NCBI GenBank assembly: GCA_963703275.1
Contig: OY969804.1
Location: forward strand, 211,154-275,153
Direction: 5' to 3'
Length of the DNA: 64,000 nt
DNA from: an uncultured Actinomycetes bacterium
Lineage (GTDB): Bacteria; Actinomycetota; Thermoleophilia; Gaiellales; JAICJC01
Shown one piece after another: positions 61,417 through 64,000 of this stretch. The notes under the pieces are model-generated. The model was given only the letters and a program-made list of their open reading frames with translations, was not told the origin of the DNA and did no database searches. How positions within the stretch are numbered: the stretch's first letter is position 1; every line of letters starts with the position of its first letter. The position numbers were made by a program, and so were the translations under genes.

Positions 61417-62232
61417 TTACCCCCCGGCCACGTCCCGCCGCAGAAAGATGAGGTACGCCCCGACGCCGAGCGGCACGGCATACACGGCGCACACCCAGGC
61501 GGCGCGGCCGATGGGCACCCAGTCGGTGGGCACCTGGAAGAACCCCTGCCAGGCCTGGAACTGGGTCGTGAGCAGATACGGCTCGAGGCCGCCGAGGCCG
61601 GGCAGGATCCCGACGAGCTGCATCAAGAGCGCCGCCATCAGCGTGCCGACGACGGCCGCCGCGCTGTTTCGGGTGACCGCCGAGAGGAAGAGCCCGATGC
61701 ACACCACCGCGAGCGTCGGCATCAGGTAGACGGCGAAGCTGCCGGCGACCAGCACCAGGCCGCGCTGGGCCGAAACCTGCGTCCCCGAGAGGCTGGTGAA
61801 GCCGTTGAAGCCCGACTTGGCCGTCCCGGCGATCAGCGCGACTCCGCCCATCAGCACCAGCGCCAGCAGCGCGTAGGTGGCGGCCGCGAGCAGCTTCCCG
61901 ACGAAGATCTGGCCGCGGTCGAGCGACCGGGTGAAGATCGTCTTGAGGGTGCCGTTGTGGTGCTCGGAGGCGATGATGTCGCCGGCCACGAGCGCGGTCA
62001 CGAGCGGGAACAGCCAGATCGAGGCGAACAGGAGCAGCACGAGCGGGATGGCCAGCCCGGACTCGCGCACGTACTTGCCGAAGGCGACGTCGTTGGGCGA
62101 GCCGTTCTGCAGCGAGAGCGCGGTGACGAAGATCAACGGGACGGCTGCGGCAGCGCCCAGGCCGAGGTAGGTGCGCTTCTGCGACGCGAGCTTGCGCAGC
62201 TCCCATCGGTATGCGGTGAAGAAGGTCGGCAT
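61417..62232 (-). CDS. ABC transporter permease
   Basis: GDIIASEHHNGTLKTIFTRS...GKL; multi-TM; TGATG coupling. Confidence 0.88.
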   Translation of the reverse strand: MPTFFTAYRWELRKLASQKRTYLGLGAAAAVPLIFVTALSLQNGSPNDVAFGKYVRESGLAIPLVLLLFASIWLFPLVTALVAGDIIASEHHNGTLKTIFTRSLDRGQIFVGKLLAAATYALLALVLMGGVALIAGTAKSGFNGFTSLSGTQVSAQRGLVLVAGSFAVYLMPTLAVVCIGLFLSAVTRNSAAAVVGTLMAALLMQLVGILPGLGGLEPYLLTTQFQAWQGFFQVPTDWVPIGRAAWVCAVYAVPLGVGAYLIFLRRDVAGG

Positions 62233-63209
62233 CAGCCCACCGGCTCCAGTCGCAACGCCGTGCTGGGCTCGGCCTGGCCGTCGGACTCGGTCAGCTCGAA
62301 GAACAGCTGCTCGAGCGTCGCCTGCTGGGGGACGAGCGCCCGCACGCCGATCTCGGATCGCCCCAGGGCGATCATGAACCGCTCGACCACGGCCTCCTCG
62401 GCGCTGAAGCGCAGCTCCTCGCCCTCGACCGCCAGGTCGCCCAGCTCGAACTGCTCGGCCAGCCGCCGCGCCGCCCACACATCGGCCGATCGCAGCCGGT
62501 ACCACGTGCCCAGCGAGCGCTTCAGCTCGGCCACCGAGCCCTCGTACAGGATCCGGCCGCGGTTGATGATCGCCACGCGGTTGCAGAGCTCCTCCACGTC
62601 CGTCATCTGATGGCTCGAGAGCATCACCGTGATGCCCTCCCCCGAGAGCCGCCGCACGAGCAGCTTCATGTCGCGCATCCCGGCCGGGTCGAGACCGGTG
62701 TTGGGCTCGTCGAGCAGGAGCAGCTTGGGCCGGCGCAGGAGCGCGGCGGCGATGCCCAGCCGCTGCTTCATGCCGTGCGAGTAGTTGCCGACCTTGTCGC
62801 CGCCGCGGTCGGCCAGGTCGACCGTCGCGAGCATCTCGTCCACGAGCTCAGGCGCATCGCCGCCGTCATAGGCGGCACACATGCGCAGGTTCGTGCGCCC
62901 GGTCAGGTATGGGTAGAACTGGGGTGCCTCGACGAACCCGGCCACGCCCTGCAGCGCGCGCCGACCCTCGCGCACCGGGTCGCGCCCGAACAGGTGGGCC
63001 GTGCCCTCGGTCGGGCGGATCAGGCCGAGCAGCATCCGCAGCGACGTTGTCTTGCCGGCGCCGTTCGGCCCCAGGTAGCCGTACACGTCCCCCTGCTCGA
63101 CCGTCAGGTCGACGTGATCGACCGCGACCAGGTGGCCGTAGCGCTTGATCAGCCCGCGCGCCTCGACCGGGCGGTCGGAGCGCGCGGGCGGCGAGGGCTC
63201 CGCCGTCAC
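62232..63209 (-). CDS. ABC transporter ATP-binding protein
   Basis: GPNGAGKTT, YSHGMKQRLG, LLLLDEP, SSH. Confidence 0.95.
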   Translation of the reverse strand: MTAEPSPPARSDRPVEARGLIKRYGHLVAVDHVDLTVEQGDVYGYLGPNGAGKTTSLRMLLGLIRPTEGTAHLFGRDPVREGRRALQGVAGFVEAPQFYPYLTGRTNLRMCAAYDGGDAPELVDEMLATVDLADRGGDKVGNYSHGMKQRLGIAAALLRRPKLLLLDEPNTGLDPAGMRDMKLLVRRLSGEGITVMLSSHQMTDVEELCNRVAIINRGRILYEGSVAELKRSLGTWYRLRSADVWAARRLAEQFELGDLAVEGEELRFSAEEAVVERFMIALGRSEIGVRALVPQQATLEQLFFELTESDGQAEPSTALRLEPVG

Positions 63210-63210
63210 G

Positions 63211-64000
63211 TCAGCCGATGGCCCGGGCCGCGGCCTCGGCCGCCGCGGGCGGCAGCGATCCGATCACGGTGTAGCGCACCCCGGCGCGGTCGAACTGGAT
63301 CAGCGTGCCGAGCGCGGTGTCGAGCTCGTGACCCGTCCCGCCATCGATCGAGACGCCGGGCAGTGCGGCCAGAGGCGAGCGCGCGGCGCCCGTCGGTGCC
63401 GGCTGCTCGAGCACCACCACGGCGCCCAGGCCGCGGCCGTACACGGCCATGGCCGCCCGGGTGCCCGACCACTCGACCAGGCGCACCGACTTGCGCGGAA
63501 GACCGACGACGCTGGCCGGCGCGCGGAGCTGGAACGGGAGCGCCCGCGCAACCGCGGCGGCGCCGGTGATGGCGGGGCGGTGGGCGTTTGCCCCGCTGGC
63601 GGTCGCCTGCTTCGGCGGGGCGGGGAGGTGCACCTTGACGACCTTCGTCCCCGGGGCGAGCGGGACGCGCAGGTCGGACGCGGGCACCGCGCCGTAGCTG
63701 ATGTCGGTCACGGTGAGCGCGAGCACGGGTGACGAATCGGTGCGGCTGTAGACGGCGATCCGAAGCGGCACACCGTGGGTGGCGTCCCACGCCAGCTCGA
63801 CGGATCCCAGCAGGCCACCGCTGTGCCGCGGCGAGACGCGCACCGTGTAGCTCGGCCGCCCGGCGATGTCGCCGGGGATGGCGCCGCTCAGATCGACGTG
63901 CTCGGCAAGCTTGGCCAGTTCCTTCTGGATGGTCGCGAAGCCCGGCACCGCATGGTGCCTGTGCGCAACCGCTCCGTGGTGGTGGCCGGGCACGCGGAGG
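63211..64000 (-). CDS. LolA/DUF2092-like carrier-fold protein; 5' end runs off the window
   Basis: GSVELAWDATHGVPLRIAVY...LALTVTDISYG; frame open to the window edge. Confidence 0.55.
   Translation of the reverse strand, partial: LRVPGHHHGAVAHRHHAVPGFATIQKELAKLAEHVDLSGAIPGDIAGRPSYTVRVSPRHSGGLLGSVELAWDATHGVPLRIAVYSRTDSSPVLALTVTDISYGAVPASDLRVPLAPGTKVVKVHLPAPPKQATASGANAHRPAITGAAAVARALPFQLRAPASVVGLPRKSVRLVEWSGTRAAMAVYGRGLGAVVVLEQPAPTGAARSPLAALPGVSIDGGTGHELDTALGTLIQFDRAGVRYTVIGSLPPAAAEAAARAIG

Overview
High-GC bacterial chromosome segment, most likely Actinomycetota and plausibly Thermoleophilia/Gaiellales. This is an inference from the Gram-positive-type LexA box, TTGGCACTC-type CIRCE elements, many apparently leaderless genes and gene content. 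Core content: a complete minus-strand nuoA-N operon with an extra 56-aa ORF between nuoF and nuoG, a ferredoxin-NADP reductase-like gene, fumC, a 2-oxoacid dehydrogenase E1alpha/E1beta/E2 cluster with lipB-lipA, groES-groEL with two CIRCE boxes, DNA-repair genes (SOS-boxed Rv2578c-like radical SAM, AlkA, AlkZ-like), envelope glycosyltransferases, peptidases and an ABC transporter. Two blocks (about 7.6-17.0 kb and 27.3-29.3 kb) are full of indels that look like assembly errors. No rRNA, tRNA, cas gene or recognisable transposase was seen. Most interesting: (1) a 32-aa signal-peptide-like ORF missing from the ORF track (45656-45754), directly upstream of a membrane GGDEF/HD-GYP gene and a DUF5317-like membrane protein with a signal-peptidase-II-like Asp pair, a candidate peptide-pheromone/c-di-GMP system; (2) a dispersed 177-bp multi-hairpin element with compensatory changes; (3) four 31-bp palindromes of fixed 6-3-13-3-6 geometry at gene ends; (4) a compositionally skewed orphan Zn/HTH gene preceded by two 43-bp palindromic repeats.
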